From: an uncultured Bacteroidales bacterium
GTDB lineage: Bacteria > Bacteroidota > Bacteroidia > Bacteroidales > CAZJKL01
Direction of reading: 5' to 3'
Assembly (NCBI GenBank): GCA_964546655.1
Contig: CAZJKL010000007.1
Span: forward strand, 4,838-68,837
DNA: 64,000 bases
In this document: positions 29,798 through 39,288 of the stretch, piece by piece
How positions within the stretch are numbered: the first letter of the stretch is position 1
How the letters are laid out: every line of letters starts with the position of its first letter
Notes under the pieces: generated by a model
Database searches by the model: none
What the model was told of the DNA's origin: nothing
Seen by the model: the letters and a program-made list of their open reading frames with translations, nothing else
Made by a program: the position numbers and the translations under genes

Positions 29798-30282
29798 TGA
29801 AGTATATATTAATAGTATTTTTGTTTATTTATGGATGTACAAAAGTTGAAGAATATTCAACTGTTCCTAATATTGAATATAATGGATTTACTATTTCAAA
29901 AGATATTAATAATAAAGATTCATCAGGCATTTTAAAACTAACTTTTACTGATGGCGAAGGAGATATAGGTTTAGGTCAGGGAGATACAATTTATCCATAT
30001 AGTAAAAATTCTATACATTATTTTAATTTAATTGTTGACTACTATAAAAAATCTAATGGCGAATATATTTTATTTGAACAAGATCCACCTGCATATTATA
30101 GAATACCACCTATATACAAAAAAAGCTATACAGAAGCACCAACAAAAGGAGAAATAGAAGTAAATATTAATTATTTATCTGTTGTCCCTTTTGATACTTT
30201 TCAGTTTTCAATTTATATTTTTGATAGAGCTTTAAATAAAAGCAATATAATTAGGTCTGGGGATATAGTTTTAGAAAAATAG
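29797..30282 (+). CDS. Lipoprotein of unknown function
   Basis: Signal peptide with a lipobox (MKYILIVFLFIYGC). Its start overlaps the preceding stop by 1 nt (TAATG). Confidence 0.5.
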   Translation: MKYILIVFLFIYGCTKVEEYSTVPNIEYNGFTISKDINNKDSSGILKLTFTDGEGDIGLGQGDTIYPYSKNSIHYFNLIVDYYKKSNGEYILFEQDPPAYYRIPPIYKKSYTEAPTKGEIEVNINYLSVVPFDTFQFSIYIFDRALNKSNIIRSGDIVLEK

Positions 30283-30287
30283 ACAAC

Positions 30288-30866
30288 TCAATAGTTATAT
30301 AAAAATCTATAAGGTAGTTTAGCATCTTCTCCTGCATAATCAATTCCAATTCGCGGCGTAATTTCAATTCTTGACACATCAATATTTATATTTCTATCTT
30401 CAATCCAAATAATATTTTCTAATAATGAAAAATTATTGTGAATAGTTTTTATACCCAAAGCTTCAGTAATTTTACCTGGCCCATTACATAGATCTTTTGT
30501 TATCTTGTTTTTTCCTCTTCTTTCTAATATAATATCTATTCCATCTAAAGGGTTAATTGCTCTTATCAATACAGCATGAGGAATATCTTTATTGTTTGTT
30601 ACTATATTAAAGAGTGAATGCATTCCATAACATAAATAAACATAAGAAACACCCCCTTCACAATACATTGTTTCGGTTCTTAAAGTTCTTCGGTTGTTAT
30701 ATGCATGCGAAGCTTTATCGGTTATTCCAGCATAAGCTTCTGTCTCTGTTATTATTCCGCTAGTTAATTTTTGATTAATATTTGTTACAAGCACTTTACC
30801 AATTAGGCTTTTGCTAATTGAAACAACATCATTACTTAAGTAGAAATTTTTATTTAGCTTATTCAT
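30288..30866 (-). CDS. mpg: DNA-3-methyladenine glycosylase (Mpg/AAG family)
   Basis: FY..d....a..LiGk.Lv..., ETEAY and SHAYNNRRT motifs characteristic of the AAG-type glycosylase. Length is 192 aa. Confidence 0.85.
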   Translation of the reverse strand: MNKLNKNFYLSNDVVSISKSLIGKVLVTNINQKLTSGIITETEAYAGITDKASHAYNNRRTLRTETMYCEGGVSYVYLCYGMHSLFNIVTNNKDIPHAVLIRAINPLDGIDIILERRGKNKITKDLCNGPGKITEALGIKTIHNNFSLLENIIWIEDRNINIDVSRIEITPRIGIDYAGEDAKLPYRFLYNY

Positions 30867-32283
30867 TTTTATTAGGAATTAAACCTAATTCTTCAGCTTT
30901 AGTTAACATAAACTCGAAGGCTTCTTCACGGTTGTTGCTGATAATGCCTTCTAATACAGCTTCTTTAATTGCATTTTTAATTAAACCAACTTCTTTACAT
31001 GGAGAAAGATTAAATGTTTGCATAATATCTTCACCCGAAATAGGTGGTTGCCAATTACAAATTCTGTCTTTTTCTTCAATCTCTTTTGTTTTTTGACGGA
31101 CTAAAATAAAATTTTTCTTAAATTTTTCAACTTTAGATTCAATTTTTGAGGTTATATCAGCACTGCATAAAATCATTAAATCATCAATATCAGTTCCTGC
31201 ATCAAACAATAATCTTCTTATAGCCGAATCTGTAACTTGTTCATTTGATAAACTAATGGGTCTTAGGTGTAATTTAACTAGTTTCTGAACATATTTTAAT
31301 TTTTCATTTAAAGGTAATCTCAAATTTTTAAAAATATTAAAAACCATTTTTGAACCTATATAATCATGTCCATGAAAAGTCCAACCATGATTTTTTTCAA
31401 ATTTTTTAGTTTGAGGTTTGCCAATATCATGAAGTAATGCAGCCCATCTTAACCAAATATTATCTGAGTTCTCAGACACATTATCTAAAACTTCTAAAGT
31501 ATGATAAAAGATATCTTTGTGTGACTTATTGCTCTGAACTTCAATGCCTTGAAGATTATGAAATTCAGGGAAAATTATTTCTAATAGTCCTGTTTTAAAT
31601 AATAAATCGAATCCAATTGAAGGCTTTTTTGATAATATTATTTTATTTAATTCTTCGGTAATTCGTTCTTGTGTTATAATTTTTATTCGTTCTTTATTTT
31701 TAATAATAGCATTATAAGCTAAACTATCGATATTAAAATTTAACTGAGAAGCAAATCTAATTGCCCTTAACATTCTTAAAGGATCATCAGAAAAAGTAAT
31801 ATCAGGGTCAAGAGGAGTTCTTATTAATTTATTTTTTAAATCATCTAATCCATTAAATTTATCAATAAACTCTTGATAATTATTTTTATTTAAACTAATA
31901 GCAAAGGCATTAATTGTAAAGTCACGTCTATTTAAATCATCTATAAGAGAGCCTTCTTCAACAATAGGATTTCGCGAATTTTTATTATACGATTCTTTTC
32001 TTGCTCCAACAAATTCTATTTCTATACCATCATATTTAAACATAGCAGTGCCATAAGTTTTAAAAACACTAACTTTAATAGATGGATTAAGTTTATTGGC
32101 GATGTTTATAGCTGTATCTATTCCGCTTCCTATAATTAATATATCAATATCTTTCGACTCTCTATTAAGTAATAAATCTCGAACATATCCTCCAACAACA
32201 TAAGTTTCAGAGTTAGTTTCTTCTACTATTTGTTTAATAGTATTAAAAATTTTATTATTTGGTAATTTAGTTAAAATAGTCAA
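30859..32283 (-). CDS. cca: CCA-adding tRNA nucleotidyltransferase / poly(A) polymerase family protein with an HD domain
   Basis: Head-domain motifs GGYVRDLLLNRESKDIDI and RRDFTINA, plus a C-terminal HD domain (LLHDIGKP). Confidence 0.8.
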   Translation of the reverse strand: MTILTKLPNNKIFNTIKQIVEETNSETYVVGGYVRDLLLNRESKDIDILIIGSGIDTAINIANKLNPSIKVSVFKTYGTAMFKYDGIEIEFVGARKESYNKNSRNPIVEEGSLIDDLNRRDFTINAFAISLNKNNYQEFIDKFNGLDDLKNKLIRTPLDPDITFSDDPLRMLRAIRFASQLNFNIDSLAYNAIIKNKERIKIITQERITEELNKIILSKKPSIGFDLLFKTGLLEIIFPEFHNLQGIEVQSNKSHKDIFYHTLEVLDNVSENSDNIWLRWAALLHDIGKPQTKKFEKNHGWTFHGHDYIGSKMVFNIFKNLRLPLNEKLKYVQKLVKLHLRPISLSNEQVTDSAIRRLLFDAGTDIDDLMILCSADITSKIESKVEKFKKNFILVRQKTKEIEEKDRICNWQPPISGEDIMQTFNLSPCKEVGLIKNAIKEAVLEGIISNNREEAFEFMLTKAEELGLIPNKNE

Positions 32284-32339
32284 TTTTTTTTATGCAAAAA
32301 TAAATAATCAAAAGTTAGTTTTAGGAGCTTGATTAAAAT

Positions 32340-33149
32340 TTATTTTTTAATTTTCGAACTTAAAGGAAATTTCAATCCTTTTACCTTTGCTATACGTGCT
32401 TTTATGCTCCCAACTAATATTGGAGTTTCAACCATAAGAGGAATTCTGTTTTTATCATCTGTAACCCAAATTTTCATGTTTTCACCCTCTTTAAAAATAG
32501 TACCTTCAATTAAATATGCACCTAGTTTTATGCAATTAAATTTACCATATTTTTCAGAATCATAAACTTCTTTTCCTAGATACCTTATATAAATATTGCT
32601 AATTTCATTGTCAAGAATTATGGTAATTGGGATAGTGCTATTAACTTTATATTTAGAAAAATCTAGATTTCTAGTTAAATAAACAATTGTCATTATATCA
32701 AAAGTGTTATTTGTAATATTAAGAGTATCTCTTTTAAATTTAGAATTTGTACTTTGGGTTAAAGTAATAACATTTTTTTTATTATAATTAAAAAAATACT
32801 CATTATAGATTTCCCAGCCACCCTCATCAGTTTTTCTTTTAAATCTATAAGGCAGTAAAGTATTAACATTTACCCATGATTCATATCTGTCGCGAACTTT
32901 AAAAAGCCAATCCCATTTTGGAGTTGTTTTTCCAACTCCAATTAGATGAAAGCATGGCTGATTAGATATTTCCTCTTTTACAACAGAAAATGTTACATTT
33001 CCTGCATCAACCCAAATTGCTCCCCATTCATAAGAAATAATATATTGAATTTCTTCTCCTTCTTTAAATGCAATATCTTTTAAAGTAGATTGACTTATTA
33101 AGTTTAAAGAAAGAAGAAACAATATTGATACAGAAATAATTAGTCTCAT
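32340..33149 (-). CDS. DUF3108-like secreted protein
   Basis: Signal peptide followed by a GEEIQYIISYEWGAIWVDAGNVTFSV pattern, as in DUF3108. It lies 3 nt downstream of the M16 peptidase gene. Confidence 0.5.
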   Translation of the reverse strand: MRLIISVSILFLLSLNLISQSTLKDIAFKEGEEIQYIISYEWGAIWVDAGNVTFSVVKEEISNQPCFHLIGVGKTTPKWDWLFKVRDRYESWVNVNTLLPYRFKRKTDEGGWEIYNEYFFNYNKKNVITLTQSTNSKFKRDTLNITNNTFDIMTIVYLTRNLDFSKYKVNSTIPITIILDNEISNIYIRYLGKEVYDSEKYGKFNCIKLGAYLIEGTIFKEGENMKIWVTDDKNRIPLMVETPILVGSIKARIAKVKGLKFPLSSKIKK

Positions 33150-33152
33150 TTT

Positions 33153-36029
33153 TTATTTTTTTATAATATCGTTTATTTTAACTACTTTTATTTTACCATA
33201 TTTTGATAACTTTTGTTTGTCAGAATCACTAAAATTACCTGCAATGGTTATAATAATAGGTTTATTTTTAATAAATTTTTCATATGTATTAGTAATATCA
33301 TTAAAAGTTAAACCTTCATAAACTTTCATTCTATAAATTCTTGGATCACAGTCGTACCCACCTAGTTTCCAAATGCTAACGGCAGAACTTAAATCTCTAA
33401 AATTAAAAATTTCGGTAAATATTTTTTGGGTAAGCTCTTTTTTTATAATATCTATGTGTTCTGGTTTTTCGGGCATATTAGTAATTAAAGAATATAAAGC
33501 ATCAACTCCTTCAATTACTTTGTCGTTTTGAGTTCCTAAAAAAGAAGAAAAATATCCCTTATTCGATTTTAAATAAGTATTATTATAAGATCCGTAAGTT
33601 GCATAACCCAATGAACGAAATTCTCTTAATTCTTGGAACAATAAAGAGCTCATACCAGATCCAAAATAAGTATTAAAAGCTCTTAATAAAGCTCTATCTT
33701 TATTGTCGGCTATTTCTCCATTACAAAACATATAAATTTTAGACTGAACAGATTTAGGATTATTCAAAATATAAACAATAGGTTCTTTTTGTTCAAGAAC
33801 TTGTTTTTCAAGAAAATATTGTTTTTGAAGATTATCTTTTAAAGGATAATATTTTAATATTTTAGATTTTACAGAATCCTCATTTATATTTCCAATATAA
33901 TGTATTTCAGATTCATACTGAGTTATCTCTTTAAACAATTCAATTAAATCTTCACCTTTAAGTTTTTTTACTTCGTTAATAGATAACTTATTAATGTAAT
34001 CAGATTTTTCACCATATTTTGCAAATTCAAACAAAACATCGCCAAGAGATTCATTAGTTTTAGTTAACATCTTATAATTTGCTTTTTCTTCTTGAAGTAT
34101 GTTTTTTAATGGGTTTTCTATAGGAGTCGGTGTGTTTATTAGTTCAGCTAATAATTTAATTGTTTCATCAAATTTATCATCTAAACCTTCTAATTTTATA
34201 GTTATGAAGTTCTTATCTGCAACAAAATTTAAATTTGCTCCTAAATTTTGTAGTGAAGCATTAAATTCATGAACACTTTTTTGTTGAGTTCCAATTTTGC
34301 CCATATAAGTTGCAGCATAATGATATTTTAAGTTTTTTTCGGTACCAACTTTATACTTTATAATTAATGTAAAGATATCATTATAACTATTTTTTGTTTG
34401 ATAATATTCAACCCCATCTTTAATTTTATTTATTGAAACATCTTTAGAAAAATCTATAAATTTTGGTTCAATAGATTTGTCAGGAATACTATCAGTTTTT
34501 TTTGCGAATATTGACTTTTCTTTTGAATTTAACGAAGGGATAGGCTCCCAATTTGGTTTTTCAATTTTGTCTTTTTTAGGAAATCCCATTTTTGAATTAA
34601 ACATTAAATAATTTCCATTAAAGTATTTTTTTGCAATTTCTATAATATCATTTTTTGTGATATTGTCAATTTTTTCTGGCATCTTTAAAACATCATCCCA
34701 AGTTGAATTAGTGGCAAAACAATTAATAATCAAATCATTTCTATTGTTTTGATTTTCAAAATATTTCTCAAGTTTTATTTTTGTGTCAAGTTTTATTGCG
34801 TTTAATCTTTCTTCAGAAAAGTCGCCATTTTTTATTTTTTCTATTTCTTCAAGAACTAAATTTTCGGCTTTTGATAAAGATTGAACTAATATTTTAGGGG
34901 CAAACATTATTAAAATACTTCCATAATCATTATAGTTATAGTTAAAAGATTGTGTCATTAAAATTTTGTTTTCTTCAGCTAAAATATCTAATAAACCGGT
35001 TTTGCCTTCATTAGATAAAAGCATAGTACAAATATTCAATTTTAATTCATCTTCATGATTATTAGGAACACCTCTAAGTCCCATTATACCTATTGGAATA
35101 GGAGTAAATTTAGCGTTAACAACTTCTCTTCCTTTAAATTCTTTTTCTTCGTAAATAGGATATTTAGGTATTTCGCCAGATTTTAGAACCGAAAATTTTT
35201 CTTTAATAATAGGAAGAATATCTTCAGATTTAAAATTTCCTGTTAAAATTAGAGCCATATTATTTGCCACATAATAAGTATTATAAAAATCTTTCATTTT
35301 TGATAAACGAGGTGTTTTTAAGTGTTCGGTACTTCCAATTGTAGATTGTTGTCCGTAAGGATGATTTCTGTAAAAATTTTTCAAGAAAAATTCGAACATA
35401 GACATATAAAAATTATCTGCATACATATTTTTTTCTTCATAAACAACTTCTAATTCCGATTGAAAAAGTCTGAAAACAGGATTTCTAAATCTTTCTGCAT
35501 AAATATCTAACCATTTTTCGAGTTGATTAATAGGGAAACTATTGTAGAAAACTGTTTGTTCTGGAGCCGTATAAGCATTTAAATCACTACTGCCAATAGA
35601 TTGTAAAATTTTATCGGTTTCGTTTGGTATGGCAAATTCAGCAGCTTTTATAGACAGTTTATTAATATGTTTCTGAATTAATAATTTTTCCTGTTCATCC
35701 TTACACAGATAAAGATTATCGTATAAAAGTGTAATTGAATCAAGGTAAAATTTTTCATTAGGCCAATTAATAGTTCCTATTTTATCTGTGCCTTTAAACA
35801 TAATATGTTCAAAATAATGAGCCATGCCGGTTGCATCTTTGGGGTCATTTTTTGATCCTGCTTTAACAACAATACTTCCAATAACTTCAGAACTATTATT
35901 GTCTTCATTTAAAATAACCGTTAATCCATTATCTAAAACATATTTTTTAACTTTTAAATAATTGTTTTCTTGTGAATAAATGCAAATAAATAAAAAATTC
36001 ACAATTAAAAATAAGGTTAGTTTTTTCAT
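33153..36029 (-). CDS. M16 (insulinase/pitrilysin) family zinc peptidase, double-length (about 958 aa)
   Basis: Inverted zinc motif HxxEH in GMAHYFEHIMFKGT. The likely start is MKKLTLFLIV (36029), which has a signal peptide, rather than the tracked start at 36059. Confidence 0.85.
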   Translation of the reverse strand: MKKLTLFLIVNFLFICIYSQENNYLKVKKYVLDNGLTVILNEDNNSSEVIGSIVVKAGSKNDPKDATGMAHYFEHIMFKGTDKIGTINWPNEKFYLDSITLLYDNLYLCKDEQEKLLIQKHINKLSIKAAEFAIPNETDKILQSIGSSDLNAYTAPEQTVFYNSFPINQLEKWLDIYAERFRNPVFRLFQSELEVVYEEKNMYADNFYMSMFEFFLKNFYRNHPYGQQSTIGSTEHLKTPRLSKMKDFYNTYYVANNMALILTGNFKSEDILPIIKEKFSVLKSGEIPKYPIYEEKEFKGREVVNAKFTPIPIGIMGLRGVPNNHEDELKLNICTMLLSNEGKTGLLDILAEENKILMTQSFNYNYNDYGSILIMFAPKILVQSLSKAENLVLEEIEKIKNGDFSEERLNAIKLDTKIKLEKYFENQNNRNDLIINCFATNSTWDDVLKMPEKIDNITKNDIIEIAKKYFNGNYLMFNSKMGFPKKDKIEKPNWEPIPSLNSKEKSIFAKKTDSIPDKSIEPKFIDFSKDVSINKIKDGVEYYQTKNSYNDIFTLIIKYKVGTEKNLKYHYAATYMGKIGTQQKSVHEFNASLQNLGANLNFVADKNFITIKLEGLDDKFDETIKLLAELINTPTPIENPLKNILQEEKANYKMLTKTNESLGDVLFEFAKYGEKSDYINKLSINEVKKLKGEDLIELFKEITQYESEIHYIGNINEDSVKSKILKYYPLKDNLQKQYFLEKQVLEQKEPIVYILNNPKSVQSKIYMFCNGEIADNKDRALLRAFNTYFGSGMSSLLFQELREFRSLGYATYGSYNNTYLKSNKGYFSSFLGTQNDKVIEGVDALYSLITNMPEKPEHIDIIKKELTQKIFTEIFNFRDLSSAVSIWKLGGYDCDPRIYRMKVYEGLTFNDITNTYEKFIKNKPIIITIAGNFSDSDKQKLSKYGKIKVVKINDIIKK

Positions 36030-36161
36030 ATAAATATAAATAATAAGTAAACATTCCAAAGATAATGTTTACTTATTAAATTTCAAATAAAAAAAGAGGC
36101 CTTTTAAATCTGCTTATTTATTAAGCCAGAAAAATAATTTTATTTTGAATACCCCATCTGT

Positions 36162-36311
36162 CAAAAAATCATCTTTATCTCCAAGTTTTCGACTCAATTA
36201 AGTTCCAATTTTTATCAATTGAAGTAATGATGGCATATTTTTAAATCTTACAAGTAAGTCTATGTCTTTTGTAGATTTTGTTTCGTGTTGAGTAAGTGAA
36301 CCAAAATTTCA
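36162..36311 (-). pseudogene. Relic of an MNT-type (NTP_transf_2) nucleotidyltransferase antitoxin gene
   Basis: The minus frame reads (stop)NFGSLTQHETKSTKDIDLLVRFKNMPSLLQLIKIGT(stop)LSRKLGIKMIF(stop). G-S-x10-D-I-D fits the hG[GS]x9-13Dh[DE]h minimal nucleotidyltransferase motif. There is no start codon and an internal TAA lies at 36198-36200. Confidence 0.4.
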
Positions 36312-36348
36312 ATCATTTCAGTTTTAAATTAAAGCAAATCATTCAATA

Positions 36349-37725
36349 TTATATTTTCAAAGCTTTTTCACTTAAAGTTTTTCCTTGCATAATTCTGTCG
36401 GCCATACCAATACCATTACATAAATTACCGCCAATAAACAAACCGTCATTTTCAAGTTCAATTTCATTAATTGTTTCAAATCTAACTCCACTATCTATTC
36501 CATATTGAGGTATCGCATAATTATGTCTAACAATTTTAAATAAATCTGGTTTAAATTCAGTTAATTTCAAAAGTTTCTTACTCTCATTCTCAACTATTTT
36601 TTCAATTTGTTCATCATCAAATTCAATCAAATCTTGTCGTTTTGTTCCGCCCATAAATATGGTTATTAATGCCCCTTCTTTTTGGCATCTATTTTCAAAT
36701 AATGACGACATAAATAAAAACCCTAAAATATCTCTTTTTTCAACAGAAGGTATTAAGCCACCAAAACCATCTAACTTTATTCCGTTCCATTTATTAAATC
36801 CAAGAGTTACTTCAATGACTTTTGTATATAGTAAATTATTAATTTTTTCAATCTTTTCTTTTTTAATAAAAGGTAATAGTTTATTTAGATTATACGCACC
36901 AATTGTAGTTATTACTTTTTTAGTTTTAATAATATTTAAATTATTGTCTTTGTCAATATATTCGACACTATAACCACTATCTGTTTTTTTAATAATAATA
37001 TTATTTGCAGATAATATGAAATTATTAGAATTGCTTTTTTTATAAAGAGCATTTATCAATGAAGACATTCCACCTTTAAACGAAAACACACTCTTGGTTA
37101 CTTGTTTTTCTAATCCTGTTTTGGGTTCAAATTTCTTTCTTACCGAACCCCAAATTAAACTGCCATATTTTTGTTCTAGGTTATAAAGCTTTGGCAATGC
37201 ATATTTAGGAATTAAATAATTAGGGTCTCCGGCATAAACGCCTAAAATAAAAGGATCAATAGCATATTTTAAAAAACTATCTCCCAATCGTCGTTTAACA
37301 AAATCAGCTAAATTTTCATGAGGATCACTTCCAGCTTTACGGAAAGGCTCACCTAAAACTTTGATTTTATCTTTAAAAGTAAATAGTGGTGTTTTAATTG
37401 CATCTTTAAATCCTAAAGGAAGATGATTCCATTCACTATTTTTTAAAATATATCTTTTTTTAACATTTTCATTTGCTACCTCCAAACAACATTCATCAGA
37501 TAGTTCATTAAACAGCTCAACAACAGCAGTATTGCCAATAACACCAGTATTAGGACCTTGTTCAAACAAAAAGCCTTGCTCTTTATTTGTTTTAATAACC
37601 CCGCCAACTTCGTTAGCATTATCTATTGTAATAAAATCTATATTTTTTTTATTAAGATAATAAGAAACTGTTAGTCCGGTTAATCCAGCACCAATAACAA
37701 CAACTTCTTTTTCAATTATATTCAT
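36349..37725 (-). CDS. hemY: Protoporphyrinogen/coproporphyrinogen oxidase (HemY-type, FAD-dependent)
   Basis: N-terminal FAD fold VVVIGAGLTGLT...GGVIKT...GFLFEQGPN and a C-terminal GGNLCNGIGMADRI motif. Length is 458 aa. Confidence 0.8.
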   Translation of the reverse strand: MNIIEKEVVVIGAGLTGLTVSYYLNKKNIDFITIDNANEVGGVIKTNKEQGFLFEQGPNTGVIGNTAVVELFNELSDECCLEVANENVKKRYILKNSEWNHLPLGFKDAIKTPLFTFKDKIKVLGEPFRKAGSDPHENLADFVKRRLGDSFLKYAIDPFILGVYAGDPNYLIPKYALPKLYNLEQKYGSLIWGSVRKKFEPKTGLEKQVTKSVFSFKGGMSSLINALYKKSNSNNFILSANNIIIKKTDSGYSVEYIDKDNNLNIIKTKKVITTIGAYNLNKLLPFIKKEKIEKINNLLYTKVIEVTLGFNKWNGIKLDGFGGLIPSVEKRDILGFLFMSSLFENRCQKEGALITIFMGGTKRQDLIEFDDEQIEKIVENESKKLLKLTEFKPDLFKIVRHNYAIPQYGIDSGVRFETINEIELENDGLFIGGNLCNGIGMADRIMQGKTLSEKALKI

Positions 37726-37897
37726 AACTTATTTATATGATTACGACTTTGTGTTCGGGCAGGTTATTTAAAACACTTTTCTATTCCAAAGTTGATGTTT
37801 CTATTTTATTGAAATAGTTTAATAAGCTTTCTGTTATAAACCCACACATTACGCAAAATCATTGTTCTACACCGGTATTATTTATATTTTTATTCTA

Positions 37898-39067
37898 TTA
37901 ATAATTTAATCCAAAAGCCCAAAGCGGTATAACATTGAGATAACCAAATTCAATATCGTCTTTTACCACAAATGATTTACTATTTTTCTCAATTTGCTTT
38001 TGTTGTTTGTTTTTTCCTCCAACTTCAAATGTATAGTTATCAATAACAAAATCGGATGTTTTTGAAGATATTACTTCATTATTTACTCGCATTTGATTAA
38101 AAAAGAAAGTTTCTCTAATATTTCCTACATTTGATTTATCCCCAACTAAATTAAAAGTGATATTTGTATTATCCAAATACACTTTATCAACCTTTCCTAA
38201 TCCACGGATGCCATTTGTTTCATTGCGTAACTGTCCGATAAGTCCAGCATGCTCCATATATAAAAAATAATCATCTAAAGAATTTCGACTAACGTTAATT
38301 ATTTCAGCTATTTTTGTGAAATTTGGTTTAAACGGGACACTTTCAGCTATAATGGAAATTAAACGTTTAAGTTTTCTACTTGTTCCAACATTTAAGTTAG
38401 CATATTGCGGAATATCTGTTTCTAATGTTTGCACAATTATTTGCCCTAAACGTAAATCCATTTCATTTTCAATTCCGAAAGGATAATATCCACGTTTCAA
38501 ATAATCTTTAAACAAAGGTATAGGATGTTCTATATTATCAATTTTAACCTCGTTATTAATAATCTGTTGTAACGAATAAACTTCAATATCATAATTATGG
38601 AAAAATTTCAAGTATTCACGAAATGAAAGTCCTTGCAATTTATATATTAATGCACGACGACTCAAATCAGCAGAACCCTTAAGAATGTCGAGCACAGAAG
38701 AGCCTGTGAATACAACTTTTAAAGAAGGAAACGAATCGTAAATATTTTTCAACTCACGTGACCAATCTTCGTATTTATGAATTTCATCAATAAATAAATA
38801 TTCTCCAGCATTTTTATAGAATTCATCGGCTAAATCAAAAAGTTTATTTTCACTAAAATACATATCATCTGCCGATACATAAAGTGCATTTTTACTGTTT
38901 AAATTTTGCTTTATATATTGTAAAATCAGTGTTGTTTTGCCTACGCCACGAGCACCAATAATACCAATCATACGACTTTCCCACGAAATTTTCCCGTATA
39001 AATAACGTTTAAAATCCATTGAGGTATTTTGTAAAAGTGTTTCGAATTTCTGATAAAGTGTTTTCAT
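37898..39067 (-). CDS. AAA+ ATPase of the AAA_14/DUF4143 type
   Basis: Walker A GARGVGKTT, Walker B LFIDEIHKY and a C-terminal DUF4143-like region. It stands alone, flanked by 172 and 221 nt of non-coding sequence. Confidence 0.8.
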   Translation of the reverse strand: MKTLYQKFETLLQNTSMDFKRYLYGKISWESRMIGIIGARGVGKTTLILQYIKQNLNSKNALYVSADDMYFSENKLFDLADEFYKNAGEYLFIDEIHKYEDWSRELKNIYDSFPSLKVVFTGSSVLDILKGSADLSRRALIYKLQGLSFREYLKFFHNYDIEVYSLQQIINNEVKIDNIEHPIPLFKDYLKRGYYPFGIENEMDLRLGQIIVQTLETDIPQYANLNVGTSRKLKRLISIIAESVPFKPNFTKIAEIINVSRNSLDDYFLYMEHAGLIGQLRNETNGIRGLGKVDKVYLDNTNITFNLVGDKSNVGNIRETFFFNQMRVNNEVISSKTSDFVIDNYTFEVGGKNKQQKQIEKNSKSFVVKDDIEFGYLNVIPLWAFGLNY

Positions 39068-39223
39068 TGCTTTAATAAACTAGATTTCCACAAAGATACA
39101 AATTGCACAACAAAATTAACAATTATTTAAATAAATACATAATTGCAAGTGCGATATTCTAAATTTTTGCTTTTTGCATCTACAAATTCAACTATATATA
39201 AATACCTATTTTGAAAAAAATCA

Positions 39224-39262
39224 TAAAAAAAACCTTTGCAAATTTAATCTTCTCTGCAAAGG
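39224..39262 (-). terminator. Rho-independent terminator downstream of ugd (symmetric, potentially bidirectional)
   Basis: Stem CCTTTGCA/TGCAAAGG (39233-39240 and 39255-39262) with a 14-nt loop. An A-run lies on the plus side (a T-run on the minus strand) and TTTTT follows on the plus strand. Confidence 0.6.
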
Positions 39263-39288
39263 TTTTTATAAAATAAATTATTTGTTAT

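Noticed and set aside
36060-36161. Possible HEPN toxin remnant downstream of the MNT relic
   Set aside because: No frame shows an R-x4-6-H motif or any open stretch longer than a few codons.
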